Assembly (NCBI RefSeq): GCF_009914755.1
Contig: NC_060947.1
Origin: the human T2T-CHM13v2.0 reference genome, Homo sapiens
Reading direction: 5' to 3' (one strand)
Length of the DNA stretch: 64,000 nt
The notes beneath the pieces are model-generated. The model worked only from the letters and a program-made list of their open reading frames with translations, was not told where the DNA came from and did not search any database. This document shows positions 22,240 to 54,230 of this stretch, piece after piece; position 1 is the first letter of the stretch; each line of letters begins with the position of its first letter. The position numbers and the translations under genes were made by a program.

Positions 22240-24195
22240 ATTTCAAAGGTATTACAAGAAAACTATAGAACAGTACCCCTTATGGATACTGATGCAAATA
22301 TCTTCAACAAAATACTTGCAAGCTAAATTCAACAGGATATTAAAAGGTTATACATGATGACCAAGTGGGATTTATTCCTGGAATACAAGTGTGCTTCAAC
22401 ATATAAAAATCAAGTCATGTAATGTACCACATTAACAGAATGAAGGGGGAAAATGCACATAATTATCTCAATTAAATTAGAAAAAGCATTTGACAAAACT
22501 TATACCCTTTCACAATTGAAAACACTCAATAAACTAGGAATAGAAGGAAATTATATTAACATAATAAAGGCCATATATGAAAAACCCATGAGTAAAATCA
22601 TACTCAATGGTGAGAGACTGAAAGTTTTTCCTCTAAGATTGGAATAAGAAAATAATGCCCACTCATGCCACTTCTATTCAACACAGTACTGGAAGTCCTA
22701 GCCAGAACAATTAAGCAAGCAAAATAAGTAAAAGGCATTCAAGTTATACAAGAAATAAAATTAGTTAGTTCTGTTTGCAGTTGAAATAATTTTATATGTG
22801 GAAAATCCTAAAGACTCCACCAAAAAACTGTGAGAAGTAATAAATGAATTCAGCAATGTTGATGGATACAAAATCAATACACAAGACTGGATGTAGTGAC
22901 TCATTCCTGTAATCCCAGCACTTTGGGAGGCTGAGGTGAGAGGATTGCTTGAGGCCATGAGTTTGAGACCAGCCTGGGCAATATAGCAAGACTCTGATCT
23001 ACAAAAAAATTATTTTAAAAATTAGCCATCTGTGGTGGTGCATGCCTATAGTCCTAGCCACTCAGGAGGCTGAAACAGGAGGATTGCCTGAGTGCAGGAG
23101 TTCAAGGTTACAGTGAGCTATGATCACACCACCGCACTCCAGCGTGAGTGACAGAGTGAAACTCTGTCTCTTAAAAAAAATTATTTACATTTCTATACAC
23201 TAACAGTGAGAAATCTGAAAGAATAATTAAAAAACAATTTCATTTAAAATACTTATGATTAAACTTAACCAAGGAAGCAAAAGACTTGTACACTAAAAAC
23301 TATGAAATGTTACTGAAAGAAATTTAAGAAGACAAATAAATGCAAAGACATCCTCTGTTCATGGATTAGAAGACATTGTATTGTTAAAATATTAATACTA
23401 CCCAAAGTGATCTATGGATTCAATGCAATCCCTATCAAAATCACAATGACGTTCTTGCAGAAATCAAAATCTATCCTAAAATTCATATGGAAACTCAAAG
23501 GACCTGATTAGCCAAAACAATCTTGAAAAAGAACAAAATTTGAAGTCTCCCACATCCTGATTTCAAAGCTTAATACAATGCTACAGTAATCAAAACAGTG
23601 GTACTGGCAGAATGGCAGACATGTAAACAAATAGAATTGGTAGTCTAAAAACAAATCCTGGCATAAATGGTCAAATGCTTTTCAAAGGGTGCAAAGACTG
23701 TCCAATGAGGAAAATACAGTCTTCAACAAATGTTGCTGGGGAAACTGGATATCCACACAGAAAAGAATGAAGTTATACCTTTACATTATACCATATACAA
23801 AAATTAACTCAAAATGGATGAAAGACCAAAATATAAGAGCTAAAAGCATGAAACTCTTAGCAGAAGACACAGGGACAAGCCTCATAATATTGGATTTCAC
23901 AATGATTTCTTGGATATGACACTAGAAGAACAGGAAACAAAAGAAAATAACAGATAAATTGTACTACATCAAAATGAAAGACTTTTGTGCATCAGAGGAT
24001 GTAGCAATGGAATGAAACGGGAAAATATTTTCAAATCATGTATCCGATAAGAGATTAATAGCTAGAAAATATAAAGAACTCCTACAACTCAGCAAAAACA
24101 ACAACAGAAAACAACCCAATTCAAAAATGGGCAAAGGACTTAGACATTTCTCCAAAGAAGATATACAAGTAGCAATAAACACATGAAAGATTTTA
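22240..24195 (+). mobile_element. Old L1M ORF2 fragment with AluJ insertion
   Basis: [14 protein letters not shown] and FNKCCWGNWIS...PYTKINSKW RT-region remnants. Confidence 0.8.
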
Positions 24196-25359
24196 AGTGT
24201 GTTTTGGATAAAGAGCCAAGAGTGTGGCTGGATACCTTTTGCTAAAGACATTTAATGTGTGATTAATAAATCCAATTAATCCTCTCAGCTGAATCGAGGA
24301 AAAATATACAGTATCCAGAAAGGATCTGTGGATAACCCTCTTGTCTGATGGCATGGATCCCTTTGACACACACAGGAGACCCACAAGGTTTTTTCAGAAG
24401 AACGTTATACCACTAAAAAGACTGCCACTTTGACCTGAAGAAAACAAAAAAAGGGAAAAATGAAAGAAAGCTATCAGACATCTAGGATTCTACAGGCAGT
24501 AAAAAGGATGATAGAGTTACTTGACCGTTAACATCTGACATCCTTTAAGATAAAGGAAGAATGACTCAGAGGGCAGAGCCATGGATACAGAGGAGGACGC
24601 CAGTAGAGCAGTGATGCCTTTGTGGCCCAGACAATAAAGCATCAAGCCACAGAGGGTAATTCTCAGGCCTTGAAACCCGGCCAGGTTTCTGTTTTTTGTT
24701 TTTTTGAGGCAGAATCTCACTCTGTCGCCCAGGCTGAAGTGCAGTGGTGTGATTTTGGCTCAGTGCAACCTCCACCTCCTGGGGTTCAAGCAATTCTCCT
24801 GCCTCAGCCTCCCGAGTAGCTGGGATTATAGGCGCCTGCCACCACGCCTGGCTGATTTTTGTATTTTTAGTAGAGATAGGGTTTCACCATGTTGGTCAGG
24901 CTGGTCTAAAATTCCAGACCTCAAGTGATCCACCTGCCTCGGCCTCCCAAAGTGCTGGGATTATAGGTTTGAGCCACCACGCCCAGCAAAACCCTGCTAG
25001 GTTTCAAACATGCTTGAATCAGTGACTGCTTTTATTATTTCATATTCTCCCCTTCAGAATGGGGATGTGTATTCTATACCTGTCCTGCCAATGAATTTTG
25101 GAAGCAGGTAGCTTGTTTTCTGGTTTTACAAGTCCACAGATGGAAAGGAATTTTGCCCCTACATGGTTCATAGATCAGATTTCACTCATAACCTGATTTA
25201 GATGGTGAGATTTGGGACTTTTTGAGTTGAGGGTATTTAGACAGGATATTTGACTTACAGTTGATACCAGAATGCATTAACTTTTGGATATGGTGGGATG
25301 GGGTGAATGTATTTTTCACATTAGATGGATAGGAATTTTCAGGGGCCAGAGGGCACAAT

Positions 25360-25790
25360 GTAGGAGGTTGAAGAATGGCCTCCAAAAGATATGTCCACCT
25401 GGAACTTCAGAATGGGACTTTATTTGGAATAAACGTCTTTGTGGATATTAATGTAGGGATCTAGATATGAAATTACCCTGGATTAGGGTGAACTATAAAT
25501 CCAGTGAGTGACTTTGAAAGGGAAAGAAGACCCTGAAAGAAAGACAATGTGAAGATGGAGGCAGAGATATCAGTTATGCTGCCACAAGCTAAAAATCAGC
25601 AGCAACCAGAAGCTGGAAGAGGCAAGGAAGGATTCTCCACCAGAGCCTTTGGATGGAGCATGGCTCTACTGGCACCTTGATTTTGGATTTCTGGCCTCCA
25701 GAACTGTGAGAAAAGAAATCTGTGCAGTTTTAAACCACCTAGTTTGTGGTACTTTATTATGGCAGCTCTAGGAAACTACTACATCAATAC
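25360..25790 (+). mobile_element. MaLR MLT1C/D-like LTR
   Basis: tgtaggaggttgaagaatggcctccaaaagatatgtcc...ggcagctctaggaaactactaca. Confidence 0.65.
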
Positions 25791-26770
25791 AGACACAATT
25801 CCCCACATGCACATGTGCGTGCACACACACAATGTTATTTTTCTGAAAATAAGTTTTTAGCTTTTTCTTCTAAATTACCATCTTATCTCAACGACTGCAG
25901 TTATGTTTTTGTAGTTATTATGGTTGGATCGCTTTTCATAGATTTTGGGGGGCCATTGCAATTGCTTTTTATTTTTTATTTTTAAATTATTATTATTATT
26001 TTGGAGACAGGGTCTTGCTCTGTCACCCAGGCTGGAGTACAGTAGTGCAATCTCAGCTCAGTGCAACCTCCGTTTCCTGGGTTCAAGTGATTCTCCTGCC
26101 TCAGCCTCCCGAGTAGCTGGGACTACAGGCATGCATCATCATACCCGGCTAATTTTTGTAGTTTTCGTAGAGACAAGGTTTCACCATTTTGGTCAGGCTG
26201 GTCTCGAACACCTGACAAGTGATCCGCCTGCCTCAGCCTCCCAAAGTGCTGGGATTACAGGCTTGAGCCACCGTGCCCAGCCGCAATTGCTTTTTATAAC
26301 GATTTGAGATTGATATCACTTTCCCTTCTCTCTACTGATTTCTCTATACATGAAGGCTATTAATCCTATGTCCATCATATATGTGGGCAATTTTTTCTTC
26401 CCAGGTTTTCGTGCATTCTTTAATGCTATTTTTCCCCAAATGCGTTGTTTTTAAATTTGAATAGATTCGTATGGCTAAGAAAGTAATAACGTTCTCTGCA
26501 TAAAAAATATCTTACTTGATGCACTAGGGACATAGAACATTAGCCTCCAGGCTTAACAGGGTTAAAGAGCACTCTCCACCTTTGAAGCCACATGGCCCTC
26601 TGGAGTACAGCTCTATCCTAAGGGTGGGTCCAAGATTTGAGACTCGACTCTAGGATTTCCCAGGAATTACTCATTCTCTTTGAATATCCCTTTCCTTTTC
26701 CGTAGAACAGAGATAATAATGCCTGACTCAAATGGATTTTGCAGGGATTTGACATAACAAGACACCATAC

Positions 26771-26776
26771 TTTATT
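26771..26776 (-). terminator. NXF3: NXF3 polyadenylation signal AATAAA
   Basis: tttatt on + strand with GT-rich sequence downstream on - strand. Confidence 0.75.
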
Positions 26777-27216
26777 GTGAAAAGGAACAGAGATCCTGGG
26801 GGTAACAGGGGTGGACAAGTGCACAGAACAACTGGCCCCTTTGGAAGGATGAGAGTCAGCCCTGTGAGTTGGGCTTCGGCTTCTTAGCCCCAGCCAGATC
26901 TCCTGGTTCAGTCACAGGGAAATACATCTATTGGAACAAAAATACAGGGAAGATGATGAGGCTGAAGATTATGACACTTAAGGATTTCCTCTTAGGGCTT
27001 TGTTTTCAGGATCCTAGGTCAGTCTGTGTGAGGGCCTTCTCTAGGATCTTGCCCTTGGCCGAGAGGAAGTGCAGGAGGGAGCTGGGAGATCAGCAGAACC
27101 GGAAGCCCAAGTTCAATCCCCAGGCCACCCAACCTCTGCTCACTTGGCCTGAATTCCTAGACCTCACCTTGGGCCATGCAAGAACATGAGGAGCTCTGAC
27201 GTAGTCACACTGGTTG

Positions 27217-43950
<16,734 letters not shown>

Positions 43951-44858
43951 TTTACCAATGTCCTTATAGGGCTCTCTTGAGGAGAATCTGTGTGGCCTGG
44001 GGACGGGAGTTTGGAGAAGATTGAGGAGGGCTGCTGACGAAGGCGAGAGCAAGCCTCAAGCCTTGCTTACAGGAAGTTCCTTCCCCAAGCATAGAGAGGA
44101 GTGTCCTAGGAGTCACAGAATTAACTTCCTGTTCTTACCACTCCCCAAAGTTTGCTGCCAGCCTAACACCCAGGGAGATGTTTCTAATGTAGCCACTCCT
44201 GCAAAGGTGGTTAGCAACAATCACAATCATGAGGCCTAGGACCCAGATACTTATTGAAACAAACACGGAAAACTCAGCTTGCTGGTCATCTCCAGTGCAT
44301 TACATTGTATTCATTTACTCTGCAGACTCAGAGACTCAGAGACTCAGAGTGCCTATGGTAGCTCAAGCTCTGTACTTGCTACATTACTTTTTTCTCCATG
44401 TATTCCTCACAAGGGGACTCTCAACTCAGAATCACCAGCTTCCTGAAGGTGCTGAGGCTTAATGAGGTATAGGACCTTGTCTGGAATGATTCAGATGTGA
44501 CCTGGAGAAACAAAGTGGAAATGAGAACCATGGAATAGTGGGTGACCCCTCTATGCACAGCTTTTCTAAACTCTTATAATATTTGGGGTTTACTTAAGTT
44601 AGGGCAAAGTAAGACAATGTTCTGCAAATACTCGTGTGACTGGAATTAACTACAGCCCATCCTAGAGAGAGAATACAAAAAACAGACCAGGAAAATATAA
44701 AGTAAAAGTTTAGTGTGTCACTGTAATGAAAGTAGAAAAGAATCAAGTATTGTCTTAAAGACAAAATAAAGTATAGTCAATGTAGATGGATACTCCTAAT
44801 GATTAGAGCCAGAAATGTAGCTCTTAAAGTCTCAGGCCAGAGAGAGGGAATAAACTAG

Positions 44859-45356
44859 TGAGAGGTGACAGCTTGCTGGCAGCTCTCACAGCCCTCGCTC
44901 GCTCTCGGCACCTCCTCTGCCTGGGCTCCCACTTTGGCGGCACTTGAGGAGCCCTTCAGCCCGCCACTGCACTGTGGGAGCCCCTTCCTGGGCTGGCCGA
45001 GGCCAGAGCTGGCTCCCTCAGCTTGCGGGGAGGTGTAGAGGGAGAAGCGCTAGCGGTAACCGGGGCTGCGCGTGGCGCTTGCGGGCCAGCTGGAGTTCTG
45101 GGTGGGCGTGGGCTCGGTGGGCCCCACACTCGTAGCAGCCGGCCAGCGCTGCTGCCCTGGGCAATGAGGGGCTTAGCACCTGGGCCAGCAGCTGCTATGC
45201 TCAATTTCTCTCCAGGCCTTAGCTGCCTTCCCGCGGGGCAGGGCTCGGGACCTGCAGCCCGCCATGCCTGAGCCTCACCCCCACCCCCGCCTCCGTGGGC
45301 TCCTGTGCCGCCCAAGCCTCCCCAACGAGCGCCGCCCCCTGCTGCACGGCGCCCAT
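44859..45356 (+). mobile_element. LTR12 5' fragment (U3 only), truncated against a MaLR fragment
   Basis: Starts TGAGAGGTGACAGC...; similar to the reverse complement of 58300-58841. Confidence 0.85.
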
Positions 45357-45517
45357 CTATGAAGGTGGAGCTCTCGTGGCCTAATTACTTCCCTAAAGCC
45401 CTACCTCTTAATACTGTTGCACTGGAGATTAAGTTTCAATGTGAATTTTGGAGGAACACAAACACTCAAACCATATCATTTACCGTTTTATAAAAATGTT
45501 CACATAATATTGTTTTA

Positions 45518-45664
<147 letters not shown>

Positions 45665-46610
45665 CTATTAACTGTGGACATCAAGTCTGAAAATAGCCAT
45701 TATTAAAAACCTGATGAAAGTCTATTATAATAGTGATGCAATTGACAAAAAAATTTGGTTATTTCTGAACCAACATTGTGACTGATAGTATTTATACCAA
45801 GACATATCAGAGTTCTAGGAATGTTATACAATTTCGGAACACACATTAATAATATATCCATGTAAATATAACTCAGAGAAGATTAACCATCATTCCTTAT
45901 TTAGACAGTGCTTCTCATATAAATGAACATATCAGATAAGCTGATGGTGTAATATCTCTTTTACAACTACTTTCAGAAGTTCTAGGGCTTGTCATAATAT
46001 CCCAAAGTTACTTCAAGGTCAAAAATACTTAATTTTGATATTTGAGAAGTTTGTCAACTATCAGTGGTCTAGAATACTTGATCAAAATAGGATCACAGGT
46101 CACTATGAAATAAAATGGAAGTGACAAAAGATTTCACAGGCACAAAGCCCACGAAATTATCTTGATTAAACACAGAATCTCTGTTCCCTAGGCCAGTTAC
46201 CTAAAAGGTAAAGAAAAACCTCGCACAATTTCCTTTTAAAAACAGCTTAATGTTCTGAGAAAACCCAGTTATTCCAACACAGGAGCCCAAAACCTTGCCT
46301 TCACCAGCGCATTTTTTATTAATCGTCAATTTTTGGCAAAACTTTGTATTATTTATAATTAGCTTCTATTTTAGGCAACTTGATGACACAAAAAATTTCT
46401 TTCATGAGATTTCTATTCTGTGAACTTTCTATAACTTGCAGTTTACTTTCCTTTTCCCTATATCATTTTGACCACACAAAGTTCTCTTAAGCAAAAGAAA
46501 AAATTACTTTTTTCATCTTTCTTTACCAAAACTACATCTTCATACTTATAACTTTTTTTTTAATCTCTTCTGCTTACCAGTTCATTCCCTGCCTTGTTTG
46601 TATTTCCTTC

Positions 46611-47213
46611 TGTAAACCAAAAATAAAATTCTAAGTCCCCTCAACCATCTGAATGGACTTTCTCCTCAGCCAGCGTTCTTAAAATTGAACCTGAGAGACT
46701 GTTTTAGGTCATGATGTGAAGTGGGGGTTGAACAGGCCTCATTATACCTCTTCAGCATTAACATCAACATAGGCTTTAAGTCTGATAAGAAATATTTCAC
46801 AACCTATTCTCTCTGAAGCCTGCTAACTAAAAGCTTCATCTACATAGTAAAACTTTGGTCTCTACAACCTCTTATCACAACCCAGACATTCCTTTCTATT
46901 GGTCACAGTTCTTTAGACAACCTCAACGAATTGTCAACCAGAAAATGTTTAAATTTACCTTAAATTTACTGATAGCCTGGAAGCCCCGCCTTGGAATTGT
47001 CCCACCTTCCTGGACCAAACCAATGTATTTCTTAAATGTATGTGATTGACGTCTCATGCCTCCCTAAAATGTATAAAACCAAGCTGCACCCTCACCTCCT
47101 TGGGCACATGTTCTCAGGACCTCCTGAGGGCTGTGTCAAGGGCCATGGTTGCTCATATTTGGCTCAGAATAAATCCCTTTAAATATTTTAGAGTTTGACA
47201 CTTTTTGTCGACA
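46611..47213 (+). mobile_element. Solo MER4-family LTR
   Basis: TGTAAACCAAAAATAAAATTCTAAG...GTCGACA; TSD cttc. Confidence 0.75.
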
Positions 47214-47325
47214 CTTCCTAAATCTATATTTTGAAATATCCTTTCAAAAACCTCCAAATTAGATGAAATTTGCTCTTTTAACAAAAATATATTCTCATGT
47301 CTTTTTACAATTTCTCTTGCCAAAA

Positions 47326-48105
47326 TGAGAGACAGGACTAGCTGGATTTCCTAGGCCGACTAAGAATCCCTAAGCCTAGCTGGGAAGGTGACCGCATCCA
47401 CCTTTAAACACGGAGCTTGCAACTTAGCTCACACCCGACCAATCAGAGAGCTCACTAAAATGCGAATTAGGCAAAAACAGGAGGTAAAGAAATAGCCAAT
47501 CATCTATTGCCTGAGAGCACAGCGGGAGGGACAAGGATCGGGATATAAACCCAGGCATTCGAGCCGGCAACGTCAACCCCTTTCGGTCCCCTCCCCTTGT
47601 ATGGGAGCTCTGTTTTCACTCTATTTCACTCTATTAAATCTTGCAACTGCACTCTTCTGGTCCGTGTTTGTTATGGCTCGAGCTGAGCTTTTGCTCGCCA
47701 TTCACCACTGCTGTATTGCAGCTGTCGCAGACCCGCTGCTGACTTCCACCCCTCCGGATCCAGCAGGGTGTCCGCTGTGCTCCTGATCTAGCGAGGTGCC
47801 CATTACCACTCCCCATCTGGCTAAAGGCTTGCCATTGTTCCCACATGGCTAAGTGCCTGGGTTCGTACTAATCGAGCTGAACACTAGTCACTGGATTCCA
47901 CGGTTCTTTTCCATGACCCACGACTTCTAATAGAGCTATAACACTCACCGCATGGCCCAAGATTCCATTCCTTGGAATCCGTGAGGCCAAGAACCCCAGG
48001 TCAGAGAACATGAGGCTTGCCACCATCTTGGAAGTGGCCTGTTGCCATTTTGGAAGTGGCCCACCACCATCTTGGGAGCTCTGGGAGCAAGGACCCCCAG
48101 TAACA
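47326..48105 (+). mobile_element. Solo LTR17 (HERV-W LTR), 780 bp
   Basis: TGAGAGACAGGACTAGCTGGATTTCCTAGGCCGACTAAGAATCCC...GTAACA; TSD aaaa. Confidence 0.9.
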
Positions 48106-48275
48106 AAAACACACCTTACTTTCCTTGTACACTTTACATACATATATTTTTTTTATTTCTAGTAATTTTAATTACATATTTAATTAAAATTTTGAATTCT
48201 TAGTAAGCTTATTTTTTATGAAAATGTAAGAAATGGCAATTTGAACTGTCTTATGCCAATATTTTATGAATATAC

Positions 48276-49222
48276 TGAAGAGAATCAAAATATTTCATCC
48301 CAAAATATACTTCTTTGACATGTTTTGAGATGGCTATCCAGACAGCCAACTGAGGCAGGGAAATAGGATCTGGAGGTAGGGAACATAAGGCTGATTCACA
48401 CTTCAGCCATGACAGGAAATATCCTCTCCATAGGGCACAGGCCAAGTAAATGACTTTGTAACTTCATCCTCTCCATTTACATAGGGCATACCCCAAGTAA
48501 CCAATGGAATCCTCTAGGGGATATTTAAACTCCCAAAAATTCTGTAATGGGGTCTTTGAGCCCCTATGCTCAGGCCCGCTCCCACACTATGGAGTGTACT
48601 TTCATTTTCAATAAAACCCTTCATTCCTTCCTTGCTTTGTTTGTGCGTTTTGTCCAATTCCTTGTTCATGACGCCAAGAACCTGGACATCTTCCACCATT
48701 AACACAATGAGCAGAAGTAACCCCACAAAACTCTTTTCTTGTGGAAGATTTTGCATCTATAAAGAATCTGCATTGATGCAACCAAAGTTTCTCTGAAGCC
48801 CTTCTTTGTCTAGATCTAGGAAAGATTAACTGAGAGTCTGACACCTTAAAGGTCTATGAAAAATATTTATCATCTATTGTTTCTGATGGCTGCTACCTGT
48901 CATGTTTCATCTACATAACAAGACAACCTTTGCCAGCCAGGTCTCCACTTCTCTCCCTCCCATAACCCATCTTGCAGCTATAACCTGATTTACCACCACA
49001 ACCTGTTTTTGGCTATGCTCCAAGTCCCCATTCTTTCTGTAACCTCGAAATAGTATATAAGCTTCCGTACTCCAATAGGGGGCGGGGGGGAATCACTCTG
49101 TGATTCTCTCCACGCAAGCCAATAAATGTGCGTGCCATTTCTCCTATTAATCTCCCTCTTGTGAGTTGATTTTTCAGCAAATCTTCACAGAGTGAAGGAG
49201 AGGTCTTCCTTTGGCCCCTACA
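48276..49222 (+). mobile_element. MER39/MER34-like LTR interrupted by a second ERV1 solo LTR (48351-48704, MER51/MER61-like)
   Basis: Nested TG...CA elements; inner one flanked by caac/caat. Family names recalled, not verified. Confidence 0.55.
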
Positions 49223-49673
49223 GTTTATTTCATAATTTCTAGAGGCATGTACTTTCTCATAGAACAAATTTTTAAGTGTTTACTAACAGACCCAAATATA
49301 TTTTGCTTCTCTATACCACATAAAAGCAAGATGCCAACGTATATAAATTTTAAACATGTGATTAGTAATTAATGTTTTAGTATTCTAACTTATTTAGAAA
49401 TAACCTGAACATTTAATGACTATTTATTACTTAAGGATTTAAGTTACCAAAAAGATTTCTGAAACTATGAAGAGTTCATTTATAAACATTTGTGCCTAAT
49501 TTACATATTTAATACCTTTTTGTGATCTATAATGTTTGTGATCCTAAATGTCTCAAAATGGAGTCACTTATGACAAGTGACTCAGCTGATAGTGAAACTA
49601 CTGAGCTCTGAGAGTGATAAGCATATGTATGGTGGAATGAGGTGATAAGATGACACTTGCTGTGGCCAGACAC

Positions 49674-50480
49674 TGTTAGGGGTGGCGAATATTCGTTACT
49701 GACAGCTAATCCATACTGGTCTGCAGCAACTGCAGTTCCTGCCTACTCAGAAGAAAGAATTTGACTGAGGGGCATAAGGCAGAAGAAGAGACCGAGGCAA
49801 GTTTTAGAGCAGGAGTAGAAGTTTGTTAAAAAGCTCTAGAGCAGGAGTAGAAGTTTGTTAAAAAGCTCTAGAGCAGGAACGAAAGAAAGGAAAGGACACT
49901 TGGAAGGGGCCCCAATGGGCAACTTGAAAGACAAGTGCAGCATTTGACCTTTTGACTTGTATATGCTGGACTACTTTTGGTGTCTTGCATCCCTTTCCCT
50001 TTATTCTTCCTTTAGGGTGGGCTACCCACATGTACAGTGCCCTCATTGCACTTGGGAGGTGAGCATGTGCAGTGTGTTTACTGCAGTTGTACACATGCTC
50101 AACAGAGGCTTTCTTCCCTTTTCCAGTGGAATGCCCCCAGAAGGTCATACTCTGCCTTTTTGTCTCTTAATGTGCATGCCCAGGCTCACTTGCCCAATAC
50201 CTGAGATTTTACTGGAAGCTGCTGATTACCAATTTCAAGTGTTTTTATCTATTGGGAAATTGCCTCTCCCTGGCACCTGTGACCAATTACATTTTAATGT
50301 GACAACTGCTGGATCATCAGGAAATTGCCTCTCCCTGGTGCCTGTGACCAATTCTCATTTTTAGAGAGGCAGTGTGACAACTGCCGAATCATCACCTGAT
50401 GGTCACCTGACATTTCTGGTGCAGGGGTGGGGAGCCCTCTCCTGCCCCACTCATGCCTGACTAGCTACCTGCTGTAACAA
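49674..50480 (-). mobile_element. MER50-like LTR
   Basis: Ends ...ctagctacctgctgtaaca, the reverse complement of the LTR start at 63421. Confidence 0.65.
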
Positions 50481-51892
50481 GACTTGACAAGACAGTGAAG
50501 CCAAAAGGTAGCTGAAGAAGATGGGTATGGATACTGGACACTTTTACAGAGGACCATAAAACCCACAAAGAAACGGACCACGACAGAGACACCTGTAGAA
50601 ACTCTGCCTGTGAGAACTCAGAGGCCTCTTTTCCATCCATTGCAGTTACCGGAAGCACTGCTGAGAGAAAAGAAGCATCCCCCCCGCCCCCTCCCAGTCA
50701 GTAGGCTGGTCTCCTGAACTACTTGCTGTGTTCCTTCTCTCTGTCTATAACTGTCTGTGTCTTTGAATATATTTGCGTGATTGGTGGTGTGTGAACGCCT
50801 TGGAGTAAACTATGAATTTGTAGGAATTTAATTAGTCACTGAGTCATTTTGAAACATTCCCCTCACCACCCTCATAAGAATTTGCCCAACCAGACTGATT
50901 TGACCTGACACAAGATCATGAAAATTCTATGAGACATTGAATAAAACTAACCACCATCTCCAGTTATTCTGTTAATCATTTTTACAGCATAAAAATGTTA
51001 GGCATTGGCCACTTAATCAAAAATCCGAAAGTTAAATACATGGGTATTTTTGCTGATCAGAAGACACAATTGTTTCCAGTCTTATTTACCAAAAATTTAC
51101 TCAAGTCACATAAGCCAAAAGGTATTTGAGTTAGGTTCTATTTTTTGATAAAATATTTGATTTAAGCACTTTTTCTTTAAGTCAATCAGTCAGAGTCTCT
51201 TACACATTTTGGTTGAGAAATATTACATAAGCATAACACACATAGGCGTGGAAAAAGAAGCAGATTTTATAGCTTTATTAAGATTCTTCCTTTGCCAGTT
51301 TTGAAATACTTTCCCCCCTTTAGCCCATCAAACTTTCAATCACCCATTCCGTTGCCCGAAGCAATTGTTAGCCAGGCAACTCTACAATTTGCACTTCCAA
51401 AAAAAAAGATGACTTTCAGATAAAACAAGACAATTTACAGTACTTAGAACAATATAGAAACTTCATTAATAGAAACCCTATTATTTGTCAAAACAAAAAA
51501 AGGCATAGGTAAACCTCCAATTAAGACAAGATGGCTAGAAAAGGCACCTTAAACATTGGTAAGACTGTTAACGTAAACTAAGCCACCACCTTTCCCGTTG
51601 TTAAAGTTTCTAGTGGTTTAGGTGCAGAAAGGGAGACAACCTTACTAATGGGGATTTCCTTTACAGATGCAAATTTCTTTTACAGAGAGTTTCAAAATAG
51701 CCAATTAAATGTCATAAAGTTGTATTTTATTTTATGTATATTTTTAGAGACGTCTCTCTCTGTCACCCAGGCTGTAGCGTACTATCACCATCAAAGATCA
51801 CTGCAGCCTAAAACTCATGGGCTCAAGCAATCCTCCCACTGCAGCCTCCCAAGCAACTGGGACTACAGGTGCAGGCCACCAAGTGTGGCTAA

Positions 51893-52009
<117 letters not shown>

Positions 52010-52485
52010 TGAGCCCGACCAGTTGTAAAGATTTCATTTCATAGTTAGTCTTTTCAATTTAGATTTTTTGTTAATTTGATTACTGACTTCAGGGAAGAGC
52101 CCTTTAATGAAAAGGACAAAAAATAACTGGTAGAAACTTAACCCTGAGTATTCCTTGGGGGCCTATAAATCCTGGTGTTAACATGAAGATTATTATCAGA
52201 GGGAGTGGGCAGCCTGTTTTCAGGGGCTTTCTTGGAAATCTTTGGGGGCACTCCCTTTTTCAGTGTCCTAGTTGTTTGCACAAATGGCAACAATACTTCA
52301 GAAACTGCTGTTTCAGGGGTCCCTTATTGGAGAAGTGCTCTAGGACAAGTCTAGAAGTCATTCTAGGTTGTTGGTTGCCATGGAGCTGAAACACTTTGGG
52401 AATGGCTTTCAAAAGGTCATCTGAGTCTTTCTGGCTTTGCCTGGCCCATAAGTAGACCAGATGGGGCTTGTGAGGTCCTTGATAT

Positions 52486-53040
52486 TGACAGAGCAGGAGC
52501 ACCATCATCTCAGACAAACACTGCCATTTTAAGTTCCAGCTCCTTTTCCAGCCTCATGCATTTCAAGGAAATCACTTTTCTTCTAACTACAAGCAGCCAG
52601 AAAGAGCAGACAGTAAAATACAGATAAGACAGCTCGGGCACAGAGGGAGGTGGGAGGAAAGTCTCTTGGGTAACTGCCAAACTTCACCCTCATACAATGG
52701 GCCCCAGTAAAATAGTGGGCCTTAATAAGCACATTCCTTTCCCTTTGGGTACACTAAGATAAGGAAGCTAAAAGCAGACTCAGGGAGGCGGCGGGGGGTA
52801 TGCCTGCAGCTGCAGAAAGATATATGGGAACAGACACACAATTGTCCCTCCCAGATAAGCACAACAAAGAGACACAGAAGCAGTCCAAGCCTCTGATAAA
52901 CTTTCCCACCCTGAATCCTTGAAAACTCTTAGTCTGTAAGAGAGTGTGCCTCTGACCTAACTTGGCCAGACACCCTTCTCAGATTTGTTTTCTCTAAAAT
53001 AAACTTTTTGTGTTTCTTTCCTCTTTCTTTAATTCTTACA
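52486..53040 (+). mobile_element. Solo ERV1 LTR (LTR19-like)
   Basis: TGACAGAGCAGGAGCACC...TTCTTACA, AATAAA near the 3' end, 5-bp TSD gata(t/c). Confidence 0.6.
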
Positions 53041-53133
53041 GATACCATTCTCAAGAGATTATTCTACCTCTTTTACCTTTTTGGGTCTCCCCAGGTCCCA
53101 CCAAATGTATTAGGTGGTAGAGGTCAAGTATCA

Positions 53134-53477
<344 letters not shown>

Positions 53478-53594
53478 TCAGGCACAGTGGCTCATGCCTG
53501 TAATCCCAGCAACCTCAGGAGGATTGCTTGAGCCCAAGAGTTTGAGGCTGCAGTGAGCTATGATCAGGCCATTGTACTCCAGCCTGCTGAGTGA

Positions 53595-53840
<246 letters not shown>

Positions 53841-54122
53841 TAGTAGGGACGGGGTTTCACGGTGTTAGCCAGGATGGTCTCGATCTCCTGACCTCGTGAT
53901 CCGTCCACCTCGGCCTCCCAAAGTGCTGGGATTACAGGCTTGAGCCACTGCGGCCGGCTGAGTTTGGAAATTTTTAAACTGTGGTCCTGGCCTCCATTTT
54001 TTGTCCAGAAAGTATAATCAAATAGTGGACTATCTCCAGAATTTTGGAGTGTTTCTACCTTATAAGGAAACTGTTTAACTTTCCTTTTTTTTTTTTTTTG
54101 AGACAGAGTTTTGTTCTTGTAG

Positions 54123-54230
<108 letters not shown>

